Positions 24,932 through 32,523 of a DNA stretch of 32,523 bases are shown one piece after another. The notes beneath the pieces are model-generated. The model saw nothing but the letters and a program-made list of their open reading frames with translations, had not been told where the DNA came from and made no database searches. Each line of letters opens with the position of its first letter. The stretch's first letter is position 1. The translations under genes were made by a program, and so were the position numbers. This stretch comes from an uncultured Prolixibacteraceae bacterium (lineage in GTDB: Bacteria > Bacteroidota > Bacteroidia > Bacteroidales > UBA1556). The DNA lies in the NCBI GenBank assembly GCA_964442545.1, contig CAYUAN010000249.1, positions 1 through 32,523 of the forward strand, given 5' to 3'.

Positions 24932-25005
24932 AATACTCTGTATTTTATAACAATAGATGTTAAAAATTTCAATTAGCTAAAGTAGTAATAAAATTTTAAT
25001 TGATC

Positions 25006-25386
25006 TTATATAAAATTCTTAATTTTCCTAAATCTGTAAAATGCATATAATCCGATACTTACTCCAACAATATCCGCAATGGCGTCATAAATATTCCCAT
25101 TGCGCCCGGGTATCAGATAGAACTGCATGAGTTCCGTAAAAATCGCATAAACTGTGCCAATCAGCCCCGATTTTAACAGACTTTTTCTTAAATATTTTTT
25201 TGTTGCCCCAAATCCTCTTACCAATAAAAACGAAAAGGGAGCAAACATTCCGAGGTGAATAAGCTTGTCTGTTGAAAGAAGTTCCCAAAAGTCATGAATG
25301 CGCGGAACATAATTTCCGGGGAGGCCTGTAATGACTAATATTGCCAGTCCCCATACAATCGCAGGTATATGCCTTCGGAAATTCAT
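25006..25386 (-). CDS. VanZ-family membrane protein
   Basis: 126 aa with four hydrophobic helices and a VanZ-like pattern (KLIHLGMFAPFSFLL, D..AD..G). Confidence 0.7.
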   Translation of the reverse strand: MNFRRHIPAIVWGLAILVITGLPGNYVPRIHDFWELLSTDKLIHLGMFAPFSFLLVRGFGATKKYLRKSLLKSGLIGTVYAIFTELMQFYLIPGRNGNIYDAIADIVGVSIGLYAFYRFRKIKNFI

Positions 25387-25390
25387 AAAA

Positions 25391-25412
25391 AAAGCACTCC
25401 GAAAAGTGCTTT
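25391..25412 (-). terminator. Hairpin plus U-run downstream of gcvH, abutting the vanZ start
   Basis: AAAGCACT / AGTGCTTT stem. On the minus strand it is followed by a T-run that reaches the vanZ ATG. Confidence 0.4.
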
Positions 25413-25431
25413 CAAATAATTTTGGAACAGC

Positions 25432-25809
25432 TTAGCTGATCAATTCTTTATAAGCTTTCGCATCTAAAAGATCATCCAGTTCTGAAGCGTCTTTCATGTT
25501 AACCTTGATAATCCAACCGTCACCATAGGGGTCTTTGTTGATTGTCTCGGGAGCATCCTCCAGAATTTCATTGAATTCGATCACCTCACCGCCTACGGGC
25601 ATAAACATATCCGAAACGGTTTTAACGGCCTCAATACTTCCGAATGATTCTTCACGATCAAGAACTTCGCCCTGAACTTCAACCTCTACATAAACGATAT
25701 CTCCTAATTCAGTGCTTGCAAATTCAGTAATTCCCACAATAGCCACATCTCCTTTAACGCGAACCCACTCATGGTCTTTAGTGTACTTTAATTCTTCAGG
25801 TATATTCAT
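25432..25809 (-). CDS. gcvH: Glycine cleavage system protein H
   Basis: 125 aa with YTKDHEWV and the lipoyl-lysine motif (IEAVKTVSD). Confidence 0.95.
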   Translation of the reverse strand: MNIPEELKYTKDHEWVRVKGDVAIVGITEFASTELGDIVYVEVEVQGEVLDREESFGSIEAVKTVSDMFMPVGGEVIEFNEILEDAPETINKDPYGDGWIIKVNMKDASELDDLLDAKAYKELIS

Positions 25810-25835
25810 AATTTCTTATTGTTTGATTTCAGTCG

Positions 25836-25843
25836 CAAAGTTA
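25836..25843 (-). promoter_or_regulatory. Bacteroidota-type -7 promoter box (TAacTTTG on minus strand) for gcvH
   Basis: Exact TAnnTTTG match on the minus strand, 27 nt upstream of the gcvH ATG. Confidence 0.45.
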
Positions 25844-25917
25844 GTTATTTTTCAATATGCCATGCATTTGCAACAAGCTTAGTTTATTAAAAAGACTAAA
25901 AATTTATTAATTTAGGT

Positions 25918-26613
25918 TTAATCTACAAGTAATTTGAAGCCAATGCCATGAACATTAATAATCTGAATGCGTTCATCCTGCTTCAGGTATTTACGCAACT
26001 TGGTAATATATACGTCCATACTGCGCGCATTGAAATAGCTGTCGTCTTTCCAAATCCGGTTCAGGGCTACACGACGGTCAAGCACCTCATTTTTATGCTC
26101 ACAAAGCAGTTTTAATAAGTCCGCTTCTTTCGAAGTTAATTTCTGGATGCTTCCTTTATAATTAAGGGTTTGGTGCTTGTATTCAAAGGTAAAATCACCG
26201 ATATCATATTTGTCGGTTTCTTTCTTCTCTTCATAAATATTATGGATGCGTCGCACGATGGCATTAATCCGTGCCAACAACAGTTCCATATTAAAAGGTT
26301 TGGCGATATAATCGTCACCGCCCAGGGCGAAACCTTTTAATTTATCTTCTTCCATAGACTTTGCCGTAAGGAAGATGATGGGAATCACTTTATCCGTTTT
26401 CCGGATGTTCTCAGCCAGCGTGAACCCGTCCATCACGGGCATCATCACATCAAGCACCAGCAAATGATAGTTAGGATTTTTGTGGTAGCCCAATAATGCT
26501 TCTTCCCCGTTAACGTATAAGTCCACCTCAAAGCCTTTGGCAACAAGGTAGCTTCTCAAAATTTTCCCCAAATTGGGGTCATCTTCGGCGAGTAATAATC
26601 TGATTTTTTCCAT
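25918..26613 (-). CDS. OmpR/PhoB-type response regulator
   Basis: Receiver domain (LLAEDD..., LDVMMPVMDGF, the Lys in LTAK) plus a C-terminal winged-helix domain. Confidence 0.9.
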   Translation of the reverse strand: MEKIRLLLAEDDPNLGKILRSYLVAKGFEVDLYVNGEEALLGYHKNPNYHLLVLDVMMPVMDGFTLAENIRKTDKVIPIIFLTAKSMEEDKLKGFALGGDDYIAKPFNMELLLARINAIVRRIHNIYEEKKETDKYDIGDFTFEYKHQTLNYKGSIQKLTSKEADLLKLLCEHKNEVLDRRVALNRIWKDDSYFNARSMDVYITKLRKYLKQDERIQIINVHGIGFKLLVD

Positions 26614-26625
26614 AGTATATCGTTA

Positions 26626-28041
26626 TCAACATTGTATTTTTTCGTTATCAAACGGCAAACGGATAATAAATGTACTTCCTTTACCGGGCGTGCTATCAAG
26701 CTCAATTAATCCTTTATGTTTATTAACAATGGCTTTTACATAGCTCAGTCCCAGCCCAAAGCCCTTGGTGTTATGCACATTGCCGGTAGGTACGCGATAT
26801 AGTTTTTCAAAGATCTTCTTCTGGCTTGTCTTCGAAATACCAATTCCGTTATCCTTGATGTAAATCTTCAGACAATCGCCATCCTGTTCGGTGCCCACTT
26901 CAATTAAAGGATTTTCAAAAGTATATTTATTTGCATTATCCAGCAAATTATATATCACATTACTCAGATGCAGGTGGTCGGCCTTGATGACAAATTTATC
27001 GGCTTTCAGGTGGAATTTCAGCTGTCCGCCTTTTTGTGCCACCTGGATCTCGATATTTTTAACCACATCTTTTATAATATCATGCACGTTCACCCACTCC
27101 TGGTTCAACTTTAATTCGCCCTTATCCAAAATAGCGGTTTGCAATATCTTTTCCGCCATGCCGCCCAGCCGCTTATTCTCTTCATCGATAATGGCGATAT
27201 AGGTTTCGTATAAGTCCGGTGTTTTCTCCATATCCTTGTCCATCAATGCTTGGCAGGCCAGTGATATAGTCGATATGGGTGTCTTGAATTCGTGTGTCAT
27301 ATTATTCACGAAATCATTTTTTAAGGTCGATAATTTCGCTTGATGAATAATGGTGCTCAATGAATACCAGAACAGGAAAATAATCCCTAAAATCAGCACA
27401 ATCGATGTGCCGACGATAAGTCCCGATTCGCGCAGCAGGAATCCCTTTTCATGTGGGAAATGCACCATCAGGTAAATGTGTTGCACCATGTCGTTCGAAT
27501 TGAACGGAAAGGCATAAGCTTCACTTAAAAATGCTTTTTTGCTTAACCCCGGCGCCTTATATAAAAGATGGTTGTTTGTTTCATTAAAAATATTGAAGCG
27601 GTACTTGATGTAAATATTGTTCTTTTTCAGGCGGTAGTCGATAATAGAGTCGATTTGCCGGAAGGCCCAGGCGGGGTTGTCAAACAGCGGATTGTCAAAT
27701 ACGCCACGGGGGGTAAAAGCGGTAAGTATTTGTTTTGAAAATTTAATCTTTCCGTATTTGCTGTTGAATTCGGCAACTGATTTTCCTCCCTCGGTACGCA
27801 CTTCTTCATGGGGAATAATGCCTCGTTGTCCCAAAATTTTCAGTACACGATTTTTGTTGGACACATCTTCCAGCCGGCTGATATCCATCATTACTTTGGT
27901 GAAAATGCGTTGGATATTTTCATTAAATGCTTGCTCATTAATGCGTAGCGTGGTTCTTAACCAAAAAAGCTGCATCAAGACCAAGCCGGTCATTGCCAGC
28001 CCCATTCCCACACTGATAAAGATGATTTTTCGTTTGTCCAT
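26626..28041 (-). CDS. Sensor histidine kinase
   Basis: Two TM segments flank a periplasmic domain. H-box is MTHEFKTPIS, N-box is LLDNANKYT, G1 is DNGIGI and G2 is GFGLGLS. I place the start at the ATG at 28041, because the TTG at 28053 falls inside the putative promoter box. Confidence 0.85.
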   Translation of the reverse strand: MDKRKIIFISVGMGLAMTGLVLMQLFWLRTTLRINEQAFNENIQRIFTKVMMDISRLEDVSNKNRVLKILGQRGIIPHEEVRTEGGKSVAEFNSKYGKIKFSKQILTAFTPRGVFDNPLFDNPAWAFRQIDSIIDYRLKKNNIYIKYRFNIFNETNNHLLYKAPGLSKKAFLSEAYAFPFNSNDMVQHIYLMVHFPHEKGFLLRESGLIVGTSIVLILGIIFLFWYSLSTIIHQAKLSTLKNDFVNNMTHEFKTPISTISLACQALMDKDMEKTPDLYETYIAIIDEENKRLGGMAEKILQTAILDKGELKLNQEWVNVHDIIKDVVKNIEIQVAQKGGQLKFHLKADKFVIKADHLHLSNVIYNLLDNANKYTFENPLIEVGTEQDGDCLKIYIKDNGIGISKTSQKKIFEKLYRVPTGNVHNTKGFGLGLSYVKAIVNKHKGLIELDSTPGKGSTFIIRLPFDNEKIQC

Positions 28042-28050
28042 GCCCGATTG

Positions 28051-28058
28051 CAAATATA
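28051..28058 (-). promoter_or_regulatory. Bacteroidota-type -7 promoter box (TAtaTTTG on minus strand) for the two-component operon
   Basis: Exact TAnnTTTG match ending only 9 nt before the ATG at 28041, which implies a very short or absent leader. Confidence 0.4.
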
Positions 28059-28162
28059 AGCTATTTGAGCAAGCGGAAATTTAGGGCTGCCATTCATGAC
28101 GGTCTTTAACAGATTTTAAGACTTGTTTAATTCTGTTAACATTTGCGCGGGGCCGCTTGACT

Positions 28163-28170
28163 TATCTTTG
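28163..28170 (+). promoter_or_regulatory. Orphan + strand -7 promoter box (TAtcTTTG) with no downstream ORF
   Basis: Exact TAnnTTTG match with a TTTG at 28142-28145 upstream. Both neighbouring genes are on the minus strand. Confidence 0.4.
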
Positions 28171-28176
28171 CAGCAG

Positions 28177-28317
28177 TTCTTTTAATAGAGAATATCCTAC
28201 CTTATTATTAGGAAACACCATACAGTTAATCATCGATTTGTTATAGTTCCTGTGCAGTTTTTATGACAATGATTAACACGCATAAAAGGCAACTTCCCAG
28301 GTTGCCTTTTTTGTTTT
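28177..28317 (+). ncRNA. Candidate small RNA of about 140 nt (ends inferred, not observed)
   Basis: It lies between the orphan promoter box and a strong + strand terminator. An internal 9-bp stem pairs GTTAATCAT (28225-28233) with ATGATTAAC (28269-28277). The only ORF present is 18 codons long. Confidence 0.3.
28286..28317. terminator. Intrinsic terminator, stronger on the + strand
   Basis: AAGGCAAC / GTTGCCTT stem with a 7-nt loop. It is followed by TTTTTTGTTTT on the + strand but only TTTTA on the minus strand. It also lies just downstream of the minus-strand anti-sigma-like gene. Confidence 0.65.
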
Positions 28318-28338
28318 AAATAAAATTCAAAGGGTATT

Positions 28339-29586
28339 TTATGGATTTACACCATCTTCAGTGCTACGAAGAGGCTTGCGCTCCGATTCTACCAAGATAT
28401 TATAGCCATTCATGGCTATTTCAGCTAAATTCTTCATCTGTCCGCGCAAACGATCTTTTTTCAGGCGGTCGCTTTTACTCAGTAAATTGCTGAAGCGGTT
28501 CACCATACGGGCCGCCAATCCGTTTAAAACAATACCGTCTTCTTTGGCGGTTTTGGTTTGCAGATAATTGGTATAGTTTGAAACGGAAGCTTCAATTTCC
28601 ATCGCTTCGGGCGTAATGCTTAAAGAGGTGATACTATGCGTTTTAACTTGTGCGATTTCATCGATAGAATGTCGTGTGTTGATTTCGGGTTTTGTAGTTT
28701 CCGGAAGTGGATGATGCTTCGAGCGTACTACTTGTGGCAGGGTAGTAGAAATATCGCCAGTTTGCTCTTTTTCCTGATTATTTGCCATTGACCGAATATG
28801 TAAAGTTCCGTCAATTGTGTGGCGAGCGATAGCTGTAGTTTTATAAGGTGTTGCCGTCGGGCGCTCAAACAAGAAATAAAACGAAATCAATATGAGTATG
28901 GCGGCGGCCATTCCCGCTAATCGGCGGCTTATAGCCGGCATGGCGATACTGCGTCGCTTCAATGCGGACTTGTCCGGATAATGAATACCGCCGTCAGCTT
29001 GTAAGCGTAAGGCGCTGAAAACACCAACCTCTTTTTTATACTGCTCGTTTTTATCGATAAATTTATGCAGCTCCGCCTCTTGCTCTTTATCAAGGTCGTG
29101 CTCCAAAGCGGCGATTAAAAAGTCCTGATAGTTTTCGTCATTAACGGATTCGCCTGCTTCCACGGCATTTTGGTAAAGCAGTGTTTTTTGTGGAAATAAT
29201 TCTGCGCGGTCTGCATTTAGGCGGGTTCGGGCATAGGCGGCAAATACGGCTTTGCTTGCCGGATATTCCTGTACGAAATTTTGCACATGTATTTGCTCCT
29301 CAGTGCTTAAATCTCCTTCATAATAGGCGATGCAGTATTCTTCAAAATTTTCTTGGGTAATTCGCCCCGTTTCGGGCACATTTTTCTTCAAATCCATTTT
29401 GTAAGCAAACGGGTCGTGCTCGGGCTCAATACGGACGAACTCAAGACCTTCGATTTCGTTTTGGATATCGGGATTTTCATCCAGGAAAGCCAATAGCTGC
29501 TCTTCTTGACCGGGGGCCAGAGTGCCGTCGAGATAATCAATCAGATATATCTCGTAATTACTTCTATTGATATTAATGCTTTCCAT
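28339..29586 (-). CDS. Membrane-anchored anti-sigma-factor-like protein with a triplicated N-terminal module
   Basis: Starts 2 nt after the ECF sigma stop. It has three YLDG-type helical modules of about 70 aa, one TM helix (LAGMAAAILILISFYFLF) and a C-terminal extracytoplasmic region of about 170 aa. Confidence 0.6.
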   Translation of the reverse strand: MESININRSNYEIYLIDYLDGTLAPGQEEQLLAFLDENPDIQNEIEGLEFVRIEPEHDPFAYKMDLKKNVPETGRITQENFEEYCIAYYEGDLSTEEQIHVQNFVQEYPASKAVFAAYARTRLNADRAELFPQKTLLYQNAVEAGESVNDENYQDFLIAALEHDLDKEQEAELHKFIDKNEQYKKEVGVFSALRLQADGGIHYPDKSALKRRSIAMPAISRRLAGMAAAILILISFYFLFERPTATPYKTTAIARHTIDGTLHIRSMANNQEKEQTGDISTTLPQVVRSKHHPLPETTKPEINTRHSIDEIAQVKTHSITSLSITPEAMEIEASVSNYTNYLQTKTAKEDGIVLNGLAARMVNRFSNLLSKSDRLKKDRLRGQMKNLAEIAMNGYNILVESERKPLRSTEDGVNP

Positions 29587-29588
29587 TC

Positions 29589-30074
29589 TTAAATTACCAT
29601 TTCAATCTTGCCGATATATTTTTTCATGGCGATACGCGCCCGATAGATATACACTTTTACTTGTGATTCATTCAATCCTACGATTTCACCGATCTCTTTG
29701 TATGAATATCCTTCATAATCGCGGAGCAGCAGTACCGACTTTTGCACTTCGTTTAATGTTTCCAGCGCTTCGTGCAGTACTTCCTGCAAATCGGAATAGC
29801 CGTGACCGCTACTCTTTTGTTTCTCCAAATCCGTATCAGTACCGAAAAAACGCTGTTGCTTACGGATATAATCAATCATGGTATGGTAGCCCGCCGTAAA
29901 CAGATAGGATTTAGCCTTCGTTCCTTCAATATTGTCCCGCTTTTCCCACATCTTGGTAAAGGCGTCTTGCACAATATCCCGGGCGGCCTCTTCTTCCCGC
30001 ACATTTTTTAAAATGAAGCGGTAAAGTCCGTCGGCATGTTCATCCACACATTGATTATATTGGCGCGTAGTCAT
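29589..30074 (-). CDS. ECF-type RNA polymerase sigma-70 family factor
   Basis: 161 aa with region 2 (DIVQDAFTKMWEK...YLFTAGYHTMIDYIRK) and region 4 (QKSVLLLRDYEGYSYKEIGEIVGLNESQVKVYIYRAR). Confidence 0.9.
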   Translation of the reverse strand: MTTRQYNQCVDEHADGLYRFILKNVREEEAARDIVQDAFTKMWEKRDNIEGTKAKSYLFTAGYHTMIDYIRKQQRFFGTDTDLEKQKSSGHGYSDLQEVLHEALETLNEVQKSVLLLRDYEGYSYKEIGEIVGLNESQVKVYIYRARIAMKKYIGKIEMVI

Positions 30075-30110
30075 TCTATTGCATAAGTTCGGCTAATGTA
30101 ACGCAATTAG

Positions 30111-30135
30111 GACGGCTAAGTTGCGGAAATGTTAC
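30111..30135 (-). promoter_or_regulatory. Possible ECF-type autoregulated promoter (GTAAC-N16-CGTC on minus strand)
   Basis: The AAC-N16-CGT arrangement lies 36 nt upstream of the sigma ATG. Two TTAGCCG copies on the minus strand are spaced about 23 nt apart in the same region. Confidence 0.3.
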
Positions 30136-30150
30136 AATGTAAGGGGAGAT

Positions 30151-30185
30151 AAAAGCAAAAAAGCCCCCGTTTGTGCGGGAGCTTT
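30151..30185 (-). terminator. Intrinsic terminator downstream of lpxD
   Basis: The minus strand reads AAAGCTCCCG-cacaaa-CGGGGGCTTT followed by TTTGCTTTT. The single imperfect position is a G-U pair on the minus strand only. Confidence 0.7.
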
Positions 30186-30202
30186 ATAGTTGTTGAAGAA
30201 AA

Positions 30203-31246
30203 TTATTTTGAATTCTTCAGTTCTTTTAGTTCTTTTTCTAATTCGCTGATACGGCTTGCTAAAGAAGGCAGTTTGCGGAAAAACACATAAGACTGCAGGA
30301 AAGATTTATGCGGAAATGACGGAGCGCCCATTTGCACGTCGTTTTCTTTTAGAATACTTGAAGCGACACCGCTTGTAGCGGCAAGTTTTACGCCATCGGC
30401 TATTTCCAGATGGCCGGCAATACCGACTTGACCGCCAAACATACAATTTTTACCGATTTTCGAGGAACCGGAAATTCCTGTTTGTGCAGCGATTACGGTA
30501 TTCTCACCAACTTCCACATTATGGGCAATCTGGACCAGATTGTCGAGTTTAACGCCTCTGCGAATAATGGTTGAACCCATGGTTGCCCGGTCCACAGTGG
30601 TGTTGGCTCCAATTTCCACACGGTCTTCAAGAATAACATTCCCAATTTGAGCAATCTTTTTATAATCTTCGTTGTTTTGCGGAGCAAAACCAAAGCCATC
30701 GGCTCCAATTACAGCACCGGAATGAATCGTGCACTCATTGCCAATAACGCAATCAAATAATACGCGAACTCCCGGATAAAGCCGGCAATCGTTACCGATT
30801 TTTACATTATCTCCGATATAAACTTGCGGAAAAATTTTGCAATTGTCTCCGATAACCACATCCGGACCAATTACGGCAAATTCGCCGATATAAATATTTT
30901 CGCCAAGCCTGGCGGATTCATGAACAAAAGCCATTGGAGAAATTCCCGTTCGTTTCATTTCACGGGCTTCACTATAAGCATTTAATAGTTGGGCAAAGGC
31001 TGCATAAGAATCATCGACCTTAATCATGATCGTTTTTACTTCTTTCTCAGGCTTTAAGGATCTATTCACAATAACCGCAGTAGCTTTTGTGTCATATAAA
31101 TACTGGTTATATTTTGGATTTGACAGAAAGGATAAACTCCCCGGCTTGCCTTCTTCTATTTTACTTAAGGTTTTAATTTTGGCTTCCGGATCACCAACAA
31201 TTTCACCGTTAATCCATGAAGCAATCTGCTTTACCGTAAATTCCAT
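30203..31246 (-). CDS. lpxD: UDP-3-O-(3-hydroxyacyl)glucosamine N-acyltransferase
   Basis: N-terminal LpxD domain ([17 protein letters not shown]..., LSFLSNPKY), a left-handed beta-helix of hexapeptide repeats, and a C-terminal helix. Confidence 0.95.
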   Translation of the reverse strand: MEFTVKQIASWINGEIVGDPEAKIKTLSKIEEGKPGSLSFLSNPKYNQYLYDTKATAVIVNRSLKPEKEVKTIMIKVDDSYAAFAQLLNAYSEAREMKRTGISPMAFVHESARLGENIYIGEFAVIGPDVVIGDNCKIFPQVYIGDNVKIGNDCRLYPGVRVLFDCVIGNECTIHSGAVIGADGFGFAPQNNEDYKKIAQIGNVILEDRVEIGANTTVDRATMGSTIIRRGVKLDNLVQIAHNVEVGENTVIAAQTGISGSSKIGKNCMFGGQVGIAGHLEIADGVKLAATSGVASSILKENDVQMGAPSFPHKSFLQSYVFFRKLPSLASRISELEKELKELKNSK

Positions 31247-31302
31247 TGTGTATGCATGTTTTTTAGGCGGCCAAGATACTAAAAAATTAAATTATCGTCT
31301 TT

Positions 31303-31346
31303 TAGGAAAAACGAAAAGCCGTCCTGTTTTCGGGAACGGCTTTTCC
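31303..31346 (-). terminator. Intrinsic terminator downstream of the PLD-family gene
   Basis: The minus strand reads GGAAAAGCCGTTCC-cgaaaaca-GGACGGCTTTTC followed by GTTTTTCC. Confidence 0.6.
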
Positions 31347-31364
31347 AATGAATAATAAAGCGTC

Positions 31365-32522
31365 TTATTGAATTACAAAGGTGGAAAGATGCTGTTTTTC
31401 CCCTGATTTCATCTGCAGGATATAGGTTCCGCGAGCCAGATTATCCAAATTGATGCGAATGGTATTATTTCCGCTATTCAACATTTTTTGCGTAGCGAAA
31501 ACCTGACGACCACTCAAATCATAAACGATAAATTCAGCCTTGAAGTTTTGTTCCGCCTCGATTTCTACGCGAAAATCGCCGTTTGAAGGATTCGGATATA
31601 AACGCACTTGTGAGGCAAAATTATTTACATCAATTCCTACATAATTCAAATCGAAGCGCTGTTTAAATGCTTGATAATAAATATTGGCTAATGTGTCGTC
31701 GTGAATAATCAAAGTGTTCTCATCATTTTTGTTATTGGCAGCGTTGCTCCAGTTGTGCGAGCCCACCAAAAGCATCGGGTCGGAGGTGGTTCCTTCGTCC
31801 ACAATCATAAATTTATGGTGCATAATTCCTTGACCTTTTTTATCGTCTGTAAGATCGTTTCCAAGTAAATTGCTTAAGATATTCCATACTGTTTGAGAAC
31901 AGCTGCCTTCGGCGTCAACTAAAATCTTAGTAGCTGCATTGTTGTTATTTACGGCATCCTGGATGGCATAGGCAATATCGCTGCGTGTAATCAGCATGGT
32001 CGCAATACGCATATTGGTGTTGGCACTTTCAATTGTGGAAATAATATGGTCGTTGGTACCGTCGGAGGGGCTGAAGTAGCATTCAACATGACGTCCGCCA
32101 ATTTCGAACAAGTGTGGTGTGTTATCCGTTTTATCCGGGCCGAATTTAGCATTAGTCAAAGATGGAATAGGCGTATCCGAGCCGAACATTTCATTAAATT
32201 CCAAAGTGTAGGCCATAGCCAAACTTTTGTCCTGAATAATGATAACGCTATTGGGATCTACATTCACTTGGCCGTTTGTCAGGTTGGTCGATCCGGTCCA
32301 AACGATGGCGTCATTAGGATCGTTGGTATGCGCATCAAATATGATGAATTTGTTATGCATAATCCCATAAGCAGAACTTGAGGGACTTCCAATCTTTTTT
32401 ATAGAAGGATTAAGACTTTGAATAGCCGTGTTATTGGCCGAGCCGTCAAAGATAACCCGAACAGTAACTCCACGTGCATCTGCGGCGTTCAGTGCGCCGG
32501 ATACGCTGGAAATATTGCTCTC
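31365..32522 (-). CDS. Phospholipase D / nuclease-family protein (two HKD motifs) with T9SS C-terminal sorting domain; 5' end lies outside the window
   Basis: I translated upstream of the ORF-track Met and the frame stays open to the window edge (...YGIMHNKFIIFD). HKD motifs are HNKFIIFD and HHKFMIVD. The C-terminal roughly 80 aa (RLYPNPSNGDF...GTYILQMKSGEK...FVIQ) match the type A T9SS CTD pattern. Confidence 0.8.
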   Translation of the reverse strand, partial: ESNISSVSGALNAADARGVTVRVIFDGSANNTAIQSLNPSIKKIGSPSSSAYGIMHNKFIIFDAHTNDPNDAIVWTGSTNLTNGQVNVDPNSVIIIQDKSLAMAYTLEFNEMFGSDTPIPSLTNAKFGPDKTDNTPHLFEIGGRHVECYFSPSDGTNDHIISTIESANTNMRIATMLITRSDIAYAIQDAVNNNNAATKILVDAEGSCSQTVWNILSNLLGNDLTDDKKGQGIMHHKFMIVDEGTTSDPMLLVGSHNWSNAANNKNDENTLIIHDDTLANIYYQAFKQRFDLNYVGIDVNNFASQVRLYPNPSNGDFRVEIEAEQNFKAEFIVYDLSGRQVFATQKMLNSGNNTIRINLDNLARGTYILQMKSGEKQHLSTFVIQ

Positions 32523-32523
32523 T

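Noticed and set aside
28263-28319. 18-codon ORF (MTMINTHKRQLPRLPFLF) inside the sRNA candidate
   Set aside because: It is very short, has no ribosome-binding context, and its 3' half is simply the terminator hairpin and T-run.
1-32523. Looked for mobile elements, CRISPR repeats, prophage, toxin-antitoxin or known defence-system genes, and for long direct repeats
   Set aside because: I saw no transposase, integrase or recombinase-like ORF, no spaced direct-repeat array, and no nuclease/helicase/methylase defence architecture. The only accessory-looking stretch is the ORF-free island at 22118-22881.

Overview
This looks like a tightly packed chromosomal segment from a member of the Bacteroidota. 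Supporting signs are TAnnTTTG-type -7 promoter boxes in front of several genes, almost no Shine-Dalgarno sequences, a T9SS C-terminal sorting domain, and small TonB paralogs. I found no tRNA, rRNA, CRISPR array, transposase, integrase or recognisable defence genes.

I support 26 CDS. In order they are: a truncated 3' end of a possible S41 peptidase, an O-antigen-ligase-like membrane protein, a lipoprotein 5'-nucleotidase plus a secreted hypothetical, a fructosamine kinase, thpR, a TetR-TolC-MFP-RND efflux operon, a four-gene cell-wall operon, surE, a small membrane protein, lpxB, TonB paralog 1, rplY-pth, TonB paralog 2, VanZ, gcvH, a response regulator/histidine kinase pair, an ECF sigma with a membrane anti-sigma-like protein, lpxD, and a truncated PLD-family protein with a T9SS tail.

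Two things deserve the most attention:
1. The central operon at 12996-19040 has four genes joined by three ATGA stop/start overlaps. They encode an MltD-like LysM protein, two paralogous SGNH hydrolases each with a large insertion, and an MBOAT acyltransferase. The lytic-transglycosylase motif of the first protein reads L-S where the family has its catalytic E-S. I read this as a peptidoglycan O-acetylation-type machine with an unusual, probably non-catalytic, wall-binding partner.
2. A 764-bp ORF-free island lies between TonB paralog 1 and rplY (22118-22881). It is packed with hairpins, including a roughly 234-nt rod-like imperfect hairpin followed by a terminator-like element. This is a candidate structured ncRNA, with a MITE or an invertible element as alternatives.

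Smaller observations are an orphan promoter plus terminator pair (sRNA candidate), a triplicated anti-sigma-like N-terminal module, and an RND pump with an extra hydrophobic hairpin. All product calls come from motif recognition by eye. No database search was run.
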